Source: a phage
Sequence record: PQ826431.1
Direction: 5' to 3' (one strand)
Length of the DNA: 64,000 nt
Below, one piece after another: positions 1 through 9,543 of this stretch. Both the position numbers and the translations under genes were made by a program. How positions within the stretch are numbered: the first letter of the stretch is position 1; every line of letters begins with the position of its first letter. The notes under the pieces are model-generated. The model had not been told where the DNA came from. It ran no database searches and was given only the letters and a program-made list of their open reading frames with translations.

Positions 1-2
1 AG

Positions 3-149
3 GATGCAGCAAAACCTCTCCGCTTCCAAGCAGCTAAAGCTATTAAAGAGCAAGTAGAAGAATGGTTAGAAGAACATTATGAAGCTATGGAAGAAGAAAC
101 CCCTGCCGTGCAGAATACAGATGACGTTCCTAAAAAGATCGTAATCTAA
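3..149 (+). CDS. 3' end of an upstream gene (5'-truncated), hypothetical protein
   Basis: Open frame from window edge to TAA near 147-149; acidic C-terminus ...EEWLEEHYEAMEEETPAVQNTDDVPKKIVI. Confidence 0.4.
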   Translation, partial: DAAKPLRFQAAKAIKEQVEEWLEEHYEAMEEETPAVQNTDDVPKKIVI

Positions 150-199
150 TCCCTCTCCTCTCTTGGGGCTTTGCCCCCTCCTCCTTGTTATTTTTAACA

Positions 200-229
200 C
201 CCCTCTCCGAAAGGTTAGGGGCTTTTTTA
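200..229 (+). terminator. putative rho-independent terminator
   Basis: CCCCT...AGGGG stem followed by CTTTTTTATTTTT. Confidence 0.4.
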
Positions 230-239
230 TTTTTAATGC

Positions 240-269
240 TTGCAATTGTATATCATTTTGTGATAAGAT
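240..269 (+). promoter_or_regulatory. putative sigma70-type promoter
   Basis: TTGCAA -35, about 18 nt spacer, TGaTAAGAT extended -10; followed by GAGGAGG RBS. Confidence 0.35.
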
Positions 270-290
270 CAGATATGAGGAGGATAAAAT

Positions 291-467
291 ATGCGCAATT
301 TTGTAGTTAAAAATGATTTTAACCGTTCTTCTTATCATAAAGATAAAAAGAATGATTACACACGGGTTTGGAACTTGGAGGAAGAACTTTATGATGACAG
401 AGAAGACTTGGGAAGAGATCCTAGCGGAGGCTCAACCAATGGAAGTGAAGAAGATAGTTAACAACGC
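291..467 (+). CDS. small hypothetical acidic protein (57 aa, not in ORF track)
   Basis: ATG preceded by AGGAGG at correct spacing; MRNFVVKNDF... Confidence 0.3.
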
Positions 468-511
468 CCCTTCTCTTCCTAAAATAAAATTTTATGAGGA
501 AGTAGAAGATA

Positions 512-904
512 ATGAATCTAAAGACTAAAACTGTATTAAGTTTTGTTTTAATTGTTGTTCTTATTCTTGCCGGAATGTTTGCTTATAACAAGATACGTGA
601 GTCTGGCTACAAAGATGGTGTTGCCTATCAAACGCAAGTATATCAAGCAGCCCAAGCAAAAGCAAAACAAGATTTTGATGTTCTTCAAAAAAGAGCAGAT
701 GAAGAAAGAGCATTATTAAATACTCAAATAAACAACTTGTCTAAAAACAATGCACAATTAAAAGCAGATTTAGAGAAGAAGAAACAAACGATCAATGAGG
801 ATACAACGAATTATGCAAAAACTAATTCTGGCAGTATGTCTTGCTTTGCCCCTAATGATGACGGGTTGTTCATCATCAACAAAAGTTTCCCCAGTTCTTA
901 TTGA
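512..904 (+). CDS. putative i-spanin (Rz-like)
   Basis: N-terminal TM helix (VLSFVLIVVLILAGMFAY) then coiled-coil periplasmic domain; 3' end overlapped out of frame by a lipoprotein gene. Confidence 0.5.
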   Translation: MNLKTKTVLSFVLIVVLILAGMFAYNKIRESGYKDGVAYQTQVYQAAQAKAKQDFDVLQKRADEERALLNTQINNLSKNNAQLKADLEKKKQTINEDTTNYAKTNSGSMSCFAPNDDGLFIINKSFPSSY

Positions 905-1139
905 TGAGTGTAAGGCTGTAGCCATAGAAAAGGTTAAAGGTCCAGATTCGGACTTGATGGATAAAGTATCGACACCTGTGCCATACACTAAAAATCAAAT
1001 TGCAAAAGGGGCTAGTAGATCTGAAGTTGTTAACAACCAAACTCAAAACAATGCTCTTTGGGAGCAAGATAGACGAAAGGTTTTAGGTTTACAAACATAT
1101 ATTAAAACACTGCAAGAAAAAGGTATTATTGCTGAATAA
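795..1139 (+). CDS. putative o-spanin (Rz1-like outer-membrane lipoprotein)
   Basis: Lipobox LALPLMMTG-C after signal sequence; likely start at internal Met (about 813); embedded in the 3' end of the i-spanin gene in another frame. Confidence 0.5.
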   Translation: MRIQRIMQKLILAVCLALPLMMTGCSSSTKVSPVLIDECKAVAIEKVKGPDSDLMDKVSTPVPYTKNQIAKGASRSEVVNNQTQNNALWEQDRRKVLGLQTYIKTLQEKGIIAE

Positions 1140-1148
1140 GGAGGGAAT

Positions 1149-3224
1149 GTGGCAAAGAAAAAGGCAGCAGGTAGTTTAGCTGGAGTAGATATTGAAGTAA
1201 AGGCTCAACCAGGTAAACAGACTCTTGCAATGGATTTAATGCCAGAAGTTATGATTTATGGTGGTGCCGCTGGATGTGTTTCTGCTGAAACGGAATATCT
1301 TACAAAAGATGGTTGGAGGCAGATTAGTGAATATTCGGGAGAGGATATTTACCAATACAATCCTAAGAATAAGCGTTTAGAATTGGTAACACCTTATTTT
1401 GTAGAATACGATTTAAATGGAGATAACCTATACAGAATAACAAATGGTGTAGGATTATTCCAAGAACTTAGTATGGAACACCGTTTTGTATTCTATAAGA
1501 AAAAGAAATCAAAGAAACATTTCGAGATTCTTGTAGGAGATCTTATTGCATTACAGCAAATAGGAAAACCCCTGCAAGGTTATGTAGAAAATCCATTCGG
1601 TAAACGTGTTCCTTTTAACATACCTGGTAAAAAGAGCACTTACTTAAAAATACACGAGGTTATTTCAACAGATGATAAGAAATATTGTTTTGAGACTCCA
1701 AGCAGTTATATTGTCTTTAGACGTGGCGATCACTGCTTCGTTACTGGGAATAGCGGCAAGTCTCGTCTGCTATTGCTGAAAGCTTTAAAATACGCCTACA
1801 AAGACCCTTTGTTTGGTGGAATACTTTTCCGTAAGAACACCACTGCTCACCGTAAACCAGGTGGTCTGTTTACAGAAGCAAAACGTTTGTATCTTCCTTT
1901 ACAACCACACGTAAAAGAAAGTACAATGGATATCATTTTTGAAGCCACTGGTGGTGGAACCCTCAAATTTGACCATTTGGAAAATGATAACGTAACAGCA
2001 GAAACAAACCATCAGGGTACACAGTATTCAATGGTAGGTTTTGATGAGTTAACCCACTTCACACAATATGAAATGCTCTATCTTCTGGGACGTATGCGTT
2101 CAGAGTCAGAAACAAGTTTCATGTTGTGCACATGTAACCCTGACGCAGATAGTTGGGTTTTGAATTGGGTGTTACCTTATCTTGATGAGGGTGGTTATCC
2201 TAGAGAAGATATGTGTGGTAAACAAAAATATTTCATCATTGTTAACGATGAACCTGTTTTTGCTGACACACCTGAAGAACTGAAAGAAAAATATCCAGAA
2301 AACTGTTTCATGGAAAACCCTAATACAGGGGAGACAGTTGTTATTGAACCACAAACTTTCGTATTTATTGGTGGGACAATATTTGATAACCCAGAACTAA
2401 TTAGGCTTAACCCTAATTACTTAGCACAGCTTAAATCACAAACAGCTATCAAAAGAGCACAGCTTCTGGACGGTTGTTGGTTTGCACGTATCCAGAAAGA
2501 ATCTTTCTTTCAACGTGAATGGTTACATAAAATATCTTATAAAGATGTTCCTAACAATCTTAAACTAATGCGAGCATGGGATAAAGCTGTTTCAGTTCCT
2601 ACAGAAACTTACCGTTATCCAGACTATACAACATCTGTCAAAATGGGTAAAGACCAAGATGGTAATATCTACATCTTTGGCGACTATGATTATGATGCTG
2701 TGGATGAGAAAAGTAAAATTTTCGGAAGGTTTCGAAGACTACCTGGGGAAAGGGATAACCTGATTCTAAATCAATGTAAGATTGATGGACCAGAAGTTAC
2801 AGTAGTTCTTCCTAAAGACCCATCTGGTGCTGGGACAATAGAATATACAGAGTCTGCAAAGAAACTTATTCTAGAGGGTTTTGTTGTTAAACCAGATGCT
2901 ATGCCAGGCAACAAGAAAAAGCTTCAGCGTTTTATGCCTTTTAGTAGTGCGTGTCAAAACGGTTTTGTTTATATTGTTGAAGATTCTTTCCCTAATGTGG
3001 AAACTTTAACCCACTTTTATAAAGAATTGGAATCTTTCAATGGTGAAAGATCTACAGCCACTATTAAAGATGACATTCCCGATGCTGCTGCCTCTTGTTT
3101 TAATACTCTGTCAAAAGAGAATACTTTCAAAGCAGTAGCTATCCCTACAACAACAAATGCTCCTACAGGATACAGTAGAATGAACAGCGGATTTCACCAA
3201 CCGTATAGTGTCCGTAAAAGATAA
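1149..3224 (+). CDS. terminase large subunit, intein-containing
   Basis: Walker A GGAAG/SGKS split by a Hint domain, Walker B MVGFDE, large ATPase/nuclease-sized protein directly upstream of portal. Confidence 0.8.
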   Translation: MAKKKAAGSLAGVDIEVKAQPGKQTLAMDLMPEVMIYGGAAGCVSAETEYLTKDGWRQISEYSGEDIYQYNPKNKRLELVTPYFVEYDLNGDNLYRITNGVGLFQELSMEHRFVFYKKKKSKKHFEILVGDLIALQQIGKPLQGYVENPFGKRVPFNIPGKKSTYLKIHEVISTDDKKYCFETPSSYIVFRRGDHCFVTGNSGKSRLLLLKALKYAYKDPLFGGILFRKNTTAHRKPGGLFTEAKRLYLPLQPHVKESTMDIIFEATGGGTLKFDHLENDNVTAETNHQGTQYSMVGFDELTHFTQYEMLYLLGRMRSESETSFMLCTCNPDADSWVLNWVLPYLDEGGYPREDMCGKQKYFIIVNDEPVFADTPEELKEKYPENCFMENPNTGETVVIEPQTFVFIGGTIFDNPELIRLNPNYLAQLKSQTAIKRAQLLDGCWFARIQKESFFQREWLHKISYKDVPNNLKLMRAWDKAVSVPTETYRYPDYTTSVKMGKDQDGNIYIFGDYDYDAVDEKSKIFGRFRRLPGERDNLILNQCKIDGPEVTVVLPKDPSGAGTIEYTESAKKLILEGFVVKPDAMPGNKKKLQRFMPFSSACQNGFVYIVEDSFPNVETLTHFYKELESFNGERSTATIKDDIPDAAASCFNTLSKENTFKAVAIPTTTNAPTGYSRMNSGFHQPYSVRKR
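1275..1751 (+). mobile_element. mini-intein (159 aa) inserted in terminase P-loop
   Basis: Starts CVSAETEYLTKDGW (Hint block A), TxxH-like block SMEH, ends ...DHCFVTGN with +1 Ser restoring GxxxxGKS. Confidence 0.7.
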
Positions 3225-3227
3225 TTG

Positions 3228-3256
3228 TTGACAAAAGTCACTTTAAAGTGTATTAT
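3228..3256 (+). promoter_or_regulatory. putative sigma70 promoter upstream of portal gene
   Basis: TTGACA, 17 nt spacer, TATTAT; then GGAGG RBS and GTG start. Confidence 0.45.
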
Positions 3257-3325
3257 AACTAGATAGGTGAGGTTGTATATAATACAGCCTTGCCTTAACG
3301 ATTTTATACCTGACTGGAGGAACAA

Positions 3326-4891
3326 GTGTCAACAGGAAAAAGAACGTACACTAAAAAGTCAGAATACTGGGACAAAGGTGCTGCAAATAAAGCTGCTCTC
3401 TCTCCAACAAAAGAGGCAGAGAAAGAGAAAACGTTACTCCTGTCACCTGAAATAGGAACGATCGGATTAAACTCAATCAAAGCATTTACGAATTTCATGC
3501 AACCTTATGAGACTCGTTTCCCAGAATGTATTCGCACTTTTAAAGAGATGGGTGAAGACCCTGATGTAGCTACTGCTCTTGACGCTACATATATCTTTGT
3601 AGATAGAGCATTCTTTGATTTCAAGATAAAATACAATGTAAACTCGGCAAAGTCAAGAAAAGCTGCTAAGTTTATTGATTACATGTTGCGCAATATGCAA
3701 GCCCCTCTACGTCAATATGTTAGATCACTTTTGACATATAAGCAATATGGTTTTGCATTCGCAGAGAAAGTTTATGAGTTGGATGAAGATCCTAAAAGTC
3801 CTTACTTTGGGTATTGGCGATTAACCAAACTGGCTTTTAGACCACAAGACACTCTTCACATGGCTCAACCTTTTACATATTCGGCAGACGGACGTTCTAT
3901 TCTATCTGTTAACCAGAATATCACCAATACGATGTTAGCTCCAGGCAATACAACTTTAGAAACTGGTATTAAAGAAATTCCTTTCAGTAAAGTTTTATTT
4001 GTTGGTAGCAACATTACAGAGAATAACCCACTAGGAGTTAGTCCGCTTTTAGCTGTATATCGTAGCTGGCGTGAAAAATCTCTTATTCAGGAATTTGAGG
4101 TTATTGGGGTATCTAAAGATTTAGGTGGTATGCCAGTTCTTAAGGTTCCAAGTGACATTCTAAACAGGGCATCTTTAGATCCTGCTGGGGATGAAGCACA
4201 ATCTCTTCGAGTTCTCCAAGCCAACATCGCTAACCTGCACTCTGGTGAGCAAGCCTACATGGTATTGCCTTCAGACGTTTATGAAGGCACAGTGATGCGT
4301 CAATACGATCTTGTATTCCAAGGTGTTGATGGCACGGGTAAACAGTTTGACACTCAAGCACTAATCAAACAACGCAAGCTAGATATTTATAACCGCTTTG
4401 GTGCGGGTGTGTTGATTATGGGTGATGGTGATGCAGGAAGTTTTGCGCTTTCTGACAACAAACAAACACTATTGTCTCATTTTATTGAGCGAGATGTAGA
4501 TATTGTTGTAGAAGCTATAAACTCTCAACTGATCCCTCAAACACTACGACTAAACAATATCTTCCTTTCTGATGAAGATATGCCTAAGTTTGTCAGTGGT
4601 GAAATGGGTGATCCTGATATTGAAGTAAATGCTAAAGCTATTCAGCAGTTGGTAGCCTCTGGTGCAATACCTTTAACCCCAGAAGTTATTAACGAATTCC
4701 TTGAAAAAATTGGTTTTGAATATCGCATCCCTGACGATATTGTTGCCAATAAAGAGAAATTCTTTGAATTCATGGATAACTATATGCCTGACAAAACTTC
4801 ACGATCAGGAGATGGTTTAGCTACAGCGGGAACTGGAACGTCTGATACTGTTTATGCTCTAGATCCTTCAGCACAAAACCTGTCGAATTAA
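3326..4891 (+). CDS. putative portal protein
   Basis: 521 aa protein immediately after terminase; GTG start with GGAGG RBS; call by position and size. Confidence 0.55.
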   Translation: MSTGKRTYTKKSEYWDKGAANKAALSPTKEAEKEKTLLLSPEIGTIGLNSIKAFTNFMQPYETRFPECIRTFKEMGEDPDVATALDATYIFVDRAFFDFKIKYNVNSAKSRKAAKFIDYMLRNMQAPLRQYVRSLLTYKQYGFAFAEKVYELDEDPKSPYFGYWRLTKLAFRPQDTLHMAQPFTYSADGRSILSVNQNITNTMLAPGNTTLETGIKEIPFSKVLFVGSNITENNPLGVSPLLAVYRSWREKSLIQEFEVIGVSKDLGGMPVLKVPSDILNRASLDPAGDEAQSLRVLQANIANLHSGEQAYMVLPSDVYEGTVMRQYDLVFQGVDGTGKQFDTQALIKQRKLDIYNRFGAGVLIMGDGDAGSFALSDNKQTLLSHFIERDVDIVVEAINSQLIPQTLRLNNIFLSDEDMPKFVSGEMGDPDIEVNAKAIQQLVASGAIPLTPEVINEFLEKIGFEYRIPDDIVANKEKFFEFMDNYMPDKTSRSGDGLATAGTGTSDTVYALDPSAQNLSN

Positions 4892-4919
4892 AAATATTTA
4901 ATATTTTTTAATTTTTCTA

Positions 4920-4948
4920 TTGACAAAACAACAAATATCCTGTAGACT
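4920..4948 (+). promoter_or_regulatory. putative promoter
   Basis: TTGACA, 17 nt spacer, TAGACT. Confidence 0.3.
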
Positions 4949-4984
4949 AAGATTTATGGGATATCTGTTTTTAAGAGGTTTCAA

Positions 4985-5464
4985 ATGGAACTCAATAAAG
5001 ATACACTGTGGGAACTCTTCAAAACCTTCGCTGGTTTTAAAGAGAATTCTGAATCCCAACAAGATTCTATACCATCTCAAAAACCTGAAACTCTAGTCAA
5101 ACAAAATAAATTTGATGAAGAAAAGATGCAGGTTATTGAGGTCTTGTATTGTCCACCTGAAGAAGACGATCTCCACGGAGAGCGCATGTCTGATTTGGAA
5201 ATCAGGAAGATGGTTGACAACTTCAATGAGAATATTACCAATATTAGTGGTAATCTTGGTCACATGAAGAACACCGATAAGTTTGCTCCAATTAAAGCTT
5301 GGGTAAATGAAGTCGATTGTTACATTGGTGACGAACTCGTTGTGGAAGGAACTCCCCTCGTTAAAATCCAATTCAACGACCCTGAATTATATCAAGCTCG
5401 TAAAGACGGCGTTCTTAAAGGTTTGAGTATAGGCGCAATGGGCGTTAAAGTCAAGAAGGACTAA
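4985..5464 (+). CDS. putative prohead protease (XkdF-like family)
   Basis: Motifs resembling XkdF/S78-like phage proteins (VLYCPPEEDDLHGERMS ... GLSIGAMG) recalled from memory; sits between portal and scaffold. Confidence 0.4.
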   Translation: MELNKDTLWELFKTFAGFKENSESQQDSIPSQKPETLVKQNKFDEEKMQVIEVLYCPPEEDDLHGERMSDLEIRKMVDNFNENITNISGNLGHMKNTDKFAPIKAWVNEVDCYIGDELVVEGTPLVKIQFNDPELYQARKDGVLKGLSIGAMGVKVKKD

Positions 5465-5466
5465 TC

Positions 5467-6582
5467 GTGGCAAATACATATTTAACTAACGTAGACTTTT
5501 CAGGAAAAGCTACGGAAGAGTCACTAGGTGCTCATATTGCTTACACTTTTGATTTTCAAGGTGGAGCGGCATCTGGTTATAATACCCCCCTTTTATTTAA
5601 GTCAGACGGATCTCCAGACATAACTTTTGAAAAGTTAGAAGCTCTCACTAAAATGGGAGAAGATGTTACAGAGTTACGTAAAAGCTATATTCAACAAGTA
5701 ATGGATCGCATTTCTGAAAAAGTGCGTGAAAAATTTGAAGCTGGTTGGGATTGGGTTTACGTTATTGATGCTGACTTCGATGCGAACGTTGCAATTTTCT
5801 GTTCAGATAACGGTATGTTCTCTGTTGGCTTTAAAGTTGACGGACTGAATGTTGAAGTTGAAGAGGTTGCTAAACCTGTTGTTCGTGTTACTGATTATCA
5901 AGTTGTTGATGGTGATGTAATGATCTCCATTGATTTCTTTGAGGACGTTTTAGACGATGCTTTGAGTAATCTCGTTAAGAGTTCCTTGAAACAAAGTCAA
6001 GTTAAAGATTATTTAGTGAAAGCTCACGCTAAAGCTAATACAAACTCTGTGGATGCAGAGGCTAACCCCGCAGGTGATAAATCTGCAAACACAACTGGAA
6101 TCAATAAAGGAGAAACCCCTTTGGAAAATATCAACAAAGAAGAATTCCTGAAATCTGCTGAATTCCAAGAACTGATGAAAGCACAGATCGCTGAAGCTGT
6201 AGAAAAAGCAGCAGCAGATGCACGTGCAGCCGCAGAACTTGAAGCACAGGAAAAAATCGCTAAGGCAGAACAGGAAGCAGAAGAACTTCGTAAAGCTGAA
6301 CAAGCTCGTATCGAAGAAGAATATACAACTGTTGTTAAATCCTATTCTTTCGTAGAAGAAGACAAAGTTGAAGCTCTCGTTAAATATCTGGTAGACAATA
6401 AAGATATCGCTGAAACTATCGTCAAAGCATTCGAAAAAGCACGTGCAGAAGTGGACGCAGTTAAGAAAGAATTTGGAACAGAACGTGGTGTTGACGTGAT
6501 CAATACTCAACCTGTAGCTAAATCTTCTTCTGAACTGATTAGTCAGAAAGCTGCTGAACTTAAAAAAGCCCAGAAACAATAA
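5467..6582 (+). CDS. putative scaffolding protein
   Basis: GTG start; C-terminal half is highly charged coiled-coil (AELEAQEKIAKAEQEAEELRKAEQARIEEE); position before decoration/capsid genes. Confidence 0.4.
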   Translation: MANTYLTNVDFSGKATEESLGAHIAYTFDFQGGAASGYNTPLLFKSDGSPDITFEKLEALTKMGEDVTELRKSYIQQVMDRISEKVREKFEAGWDWVYVIDADFDANVAIFCSDNGMFSVGFKVDGLNVEVEEVAKPVVRVTDYQVVDGDVMISIDFFEDVLDDALSNLVKSSLKQSQVKDYLVKAHAKANTNSVDAEANPAGDKSANTTGINKGETPLENINKEEFLKSAEFQELMKAQIAEAVEKAAADARAAAELEAQEKIAKAEQEAEELRKAEQARIEEEYTTVVKSYSFVEEDKVEALVKYLVDNKDIAETIVKAFEKARAEVDAVKKEFGTERGVDVINTQPVAKSSSELISQKAAELKKAQKQ

Positions 6583-6601
6583 TCTTAGGAGATTAAATTA
6601 A

Positions 6602-7000
6602 ATGGCTAAAGGAATTACTTTATCTAACTCTCGCCAGGAATTCGGACACCTGGTTCTGGGTGGAGTGTTTAGCTCTGACCTTGGACACTGTGTACGTGAA
6701 GTTAACCTGGTTAAAACAGCAACCATGAAAATTGGTTCTATCCTGAAAGCTGACAACACTGAAGCTGCTAAAGCTGAAGCTGCCGATGCTGCTAAAGTTC
6801 TGATTTGGACTGATGCTCTGTTCGGTATTGACGATGTAGCAGTAGGTGACACTTTCACCGCAGTTGTTGGCGTACGTGATCTTACTCTGAACCGCTTTGC
6901 AGTATACTACAAAGATGGCTCCCTTGTAGATGAAGCTGGCGTAGCAGCACTGGAAACACATGATCTGAAACTGACCGAAAAAGTCGTTTTCACTTCTTAA
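6602..7000 (+). CDS. putative head decoration protein (gpD-like)
   Basis: 132 aa protein directly upstream of major capsid gene, strong RBS TAGGAGATTAA; loose resemblance to lambda gpD. Confidence 0.45.
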   Translation: MAKGITLSNSRQEFGHLVLGGVFSSDLGHCVREVNLVKTATMKIGSILKADNTEAAKAEAADAAKVLIWTDALFGIDDVAVGDTFTAVVGVRDLTLNRFAVYYKDGSLVDEAGVAALETHDLKLTEKVVFTS

Positions 7001-7021
7001 TTTTAATAGGAGATTAATATA

Positions 7022-8023
7022 ATGCCAGCAGTAATTTTAGATCAGGTTGTAGATTTCAGCCCTATGATCGAACTTCAGGATTCCCCTGATACACTGATTG
7101 CCAGCCTGAATCTGTTCAGTGTTGACTATCATTCAACTACCGCTATTGAAATCGGTAAAGAAAAAGCTGAAGATGCTCTGATCTCCGCTCGTGAGCGTGG
7201 TGGTGAGCGTAACTTCCTGAGCATGAAAAATCCAGAACTGAAAGCGTTCCGCATTCCGTTCTTCCCTCTGGATAAAAACATCAAAGCTCAAGATATTCAA
7301 TCTTTCCGTAGCTTTGCAATGGCAGGAATCAATGACTCTCTGCGCACAGACGCTGAAGTTGTTAACCGCTATATGTCCCAGATTCTGCGTGACGTAGCAA
7401 AAACCAAAGAGAAAATCTTTGCAGAAGCAGTTATGGGTCGTGCCTATAACGGCGTAGGTGGTGCAGCTAACTCTGCATACAACTGGTATACCGAATGGGG
7501 TGCTACCCAGAAATCTGTTGCTGTAGACTTTGCTTCTACCACTGTTTCTCCAGCAGCCACTATCGAGAAAGAAGCTCGTGCTTACATCATCGATACTAAA
7601 CAAGATGGCTCTACCGCTACTCGTATCGTAGCTCTGTGTTCTCGTGAATTTTTCGCATCTCTGGTTAACTCTCCATTTGTTCGCCAGGCATATCAGTATT
7701 TCCAGGGAACTCCTAACCTTCTGCGTGATCGCCTTAGCGGTAACATGGATGTTCAGGTGTTTGAATGGAACGGTGTAACTTACATTGAAGATATCCACGG
7801 TAACATCCCTGCTGGTGAAGCATATGTTCTGCCTATGGGTATCGAAGGTATGTTCCAGGCGCACTACGCTCCTGCGGATACTCCAGAACTGGCTAACACC
7901 CAGGCTCGTGAACTGTATACCTTCATGATCAGCCAGCACCGCACTATTCAGCTTCAGTCTGAATTCTCGCTGCTCGCAGTTAACACCCGTCCAGAACTGG
8001 TAGTTAAACTGACTACGGCTTAA
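7022..8023 (+). CDS. major capsid protein, lambda gpE-like
   Basis: C-terminal segment LANTQARELYTF matches lambda E MVLGNTQARGLRTYG region; 333 aa; strong RBS; followed by terminator. Confidence 0.8.
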   Translation: MPAVILDQVVDFSPMIELQDSPDTLIASLNLFSVDYHSTTAIEIGKEKAEDALISARERGGERNFLSMKNPELKAFRIPFFPLDKNIKAQDIQSFRSFAMAGINDSLRTDAEVVNRYMSQILRDVAKTKEKIFAEAVMGRAYNGVGGAANSAYNWYTEWGATQKSVAVDFASTTVSPAATIEKEARAYIIDTKQDGSTATRIVALCSREFFASLVNSPFVRQAYQYFQGTPNLLRDRLSGNMDVQVFEWNGVTYIEDIHGNIPAGEAYVLPMGIEGMFQAHYAPADTPELANTQARELYTFMISQHRTIQLQSEFSLLAVNTRPELVVKLTTA

Positions 8024-8044
8024 TAGAACTCTGTTAAGATTAGA

Positions 8045-8077
8045 GGCTCGTCCGTGATGGGCGAGCCTTTTCTGTTT
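8045..8077 (+). terminator. rho-independent terminator after capsid gene
   Basis: GGCTCGTCC-GTGAT-GGGCGAGCC hairpin then TTTTCTGTTT. Confidence 0.6.
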
Positions 8078-8107
8078 ACAATAAGAGTTTACAACGAGGA
8101 GATTGAT

Positions 8108-8452
8108 ATGTCAAACCCAGAATTGAAACGTTACTTTAGTTATCACGAAATGATTCGTGATTTCGAATCGCTTTCACCACTGATCGATGCTGATAAAACA
8201 TTAGTATCTGCGCCACCAATGTCTTTCTATCTGAAAGATGGTCGTATTGCATTAGGTGGAAACTTCATTCACTTCCTCACGCGTTTGAGAGAAGAAACAG
8301 GTATTCTTGTGCATCCTTTTGCAAGTGAAGAACACATGGGTTACTATCTTGTAAGTTACGAAGACTATGCGCCTGTAAAAATCAAAGAAGAAGTTTTAAA
8401 AGTAGAAGCGGTAGACACTCCAGCTAAAAAACGTTCCCTTCGTAAAAAATAA
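8108..8452 (+). CDS. hypothetical head-tail joining protein
   Basis: ORF 8054-8452; likely start at internal ATG (MSNPELKRY) preceded by GAGGAG, because the first ATG lies inside the terminator hairpin. Confidence 0.4.
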   Translation: MSNPELKRYFSYHEMIRDFESLSPLIDADKTLVSAPPMSFYLKDGRIALGGNFIHFLTRLREETGILVHPFASEEHMGYYLVSYEDYAPVKIKEEVLKVEAVDTPAKKRSLRKK

Positions 8453-8461
8453 GGTGGGCTT

Positions 8462-9010
8462 ATGCTGAATGCGGTAGAGTTGGCACCACTGATCCGAATT
8501 CTTGTTTATAACCCTTCTCAAGAAGTATTGCCAGATGCAATGCTGATTCAGATCATCCAAACTTGGATTGATATTATAGGGAATGAAGATAAGGATAAGT
8601 GTGCAGTATTGTGGAACAGCTTGATTTCTGTTTTAGAGTATTTATGGAACAACGATGTTCTTAACAACAGTACTCAAACAGGAGGAGCTATGTCCCGCAG
8701 AGAAAAGATGGGTGAAGTCGAAGTTGAAGTTAAATTTAACAACGGTCAAGTCACTTATAAGTCTCCGTGGGAAGATATCTATCATAACTATTTAAATGGT
8801 CTTATGGTCATTCCTGGGTGCACGGCAGGACGAGGAGCAACCAGTAAAGTTCTTATTGGCGGTGTGGATGCTCGTGAGATTGATCGAGTAAACAGCGATC
8901 CTAACTCTGTGAATGGTCTTGGTAATGTTGCAAGTGTTGATCGTAATACCCGCAACGTTAATTATTTGCGAAATTACGGACCTGTTTCTTTTTATCGTAG
9001 GGACAAATAA
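8462..9010 (+). CDS. hypothetical head-completion/neck protein
   Basis: ORF tightly packed in the head-to-tail connector block. Confidence 0.35.
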   Translation: MLNAVELAPLIRILVYNPSQEVLPDAMLIQIIQTWIDIIGNEDKDKCAVLWNSLISVLEYLWNNDVLNNSTQTGGAMSRREKMGEVEVEVKFNNGQVTYKSPWEDIYHNYLNGLMVIPGCTAGRGATSKVLIGGVDAREIDRVNSDPNSVNGLGNVASVDRNTRNVNYLRNYGPVSFYRRDK

Positions 9011-9498
9011 TGGAAAGTGAGATCTTACCAGGTGACGATACAGATTGGGAAACCATTATCAAAAAGATGATGGATCTTGAACAAGTTCAAATCGAAGCTG
9101 GTTTTTTAACAAACAAAAGGCATCCTGAATCAGATCTCACTATTCCTGCAATAGCAGCTATTCAACAATATGGTAATGAAACAAACAACATACCTGCTCG
9201 CCCTTTTATAACAGATGGTGCTGTTATCTCACAGAACAATATAGCTAAAAAGATGAAGCAGGTTTTTGCAAATTACCTAATGAACAATGTTGGGTTGGCT
9301 GTTTTTGAGCCTATAGCGAGAGCCTCTAGAGAAGGAATAGCTCAAGCGATTGCAATGCAACGTTATCGTCCTTTATCTCCTGTGACAATTAAGATACGAC
9401 AAGATAAAGGCAACTATTCTAATCATATCTTAATAGATACGGCATATATGATAAATGCAATCGAAACAAAAATCACAAAAAGCAAGTCTAAAAAATAA
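9010..9498 (+). CDS. hypothetical neck/tail-completion protein
   Basis: ATGA-type overlap with upstream gene. Confidence 0.35.
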   Translation: MESEILPGDDTDWETIIKKMMDLEQVQIEAGFLTNKRHPESDLTIPAIAAIQQYGNETNNIPARPFITDGAVISQNNIAKKMKQVFANYLMNNVGLAVFEPIARASREGIAQAIAMQRYRPLSPVTIKIRQDKGNYSNHILIDTAYMINAIETKITKSKSKK

Positions 9499-9499
9499 C

Positions 9500-9528
9500 T
9501 TGCATAAACTTTGTTTTTGATGTATACT
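9500..9528 (+). promoter_or_regulatory. putative promoter
   Basis: TTGCAT, 17 nt spacer, TATACT; followed by AAGGAG RBS. Confidence 0.35.
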
Positions 9529-9543
9529 AAAAAGGAGATACAA

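Noticed and set aside
6013-6579. 188 aa - strand ORF inside the scaffold gene
   Set aside because: Antisense shadow of a well-supported + strand gene; Cys/Phe-rich low-complexity translation and no RBS.
7133-7939. 268 aa - strand ORF inside the major capsid gene
   Set aside because: Antisense to the gpE-like capsid gene, which has strong motif support; likely a frame artefact.
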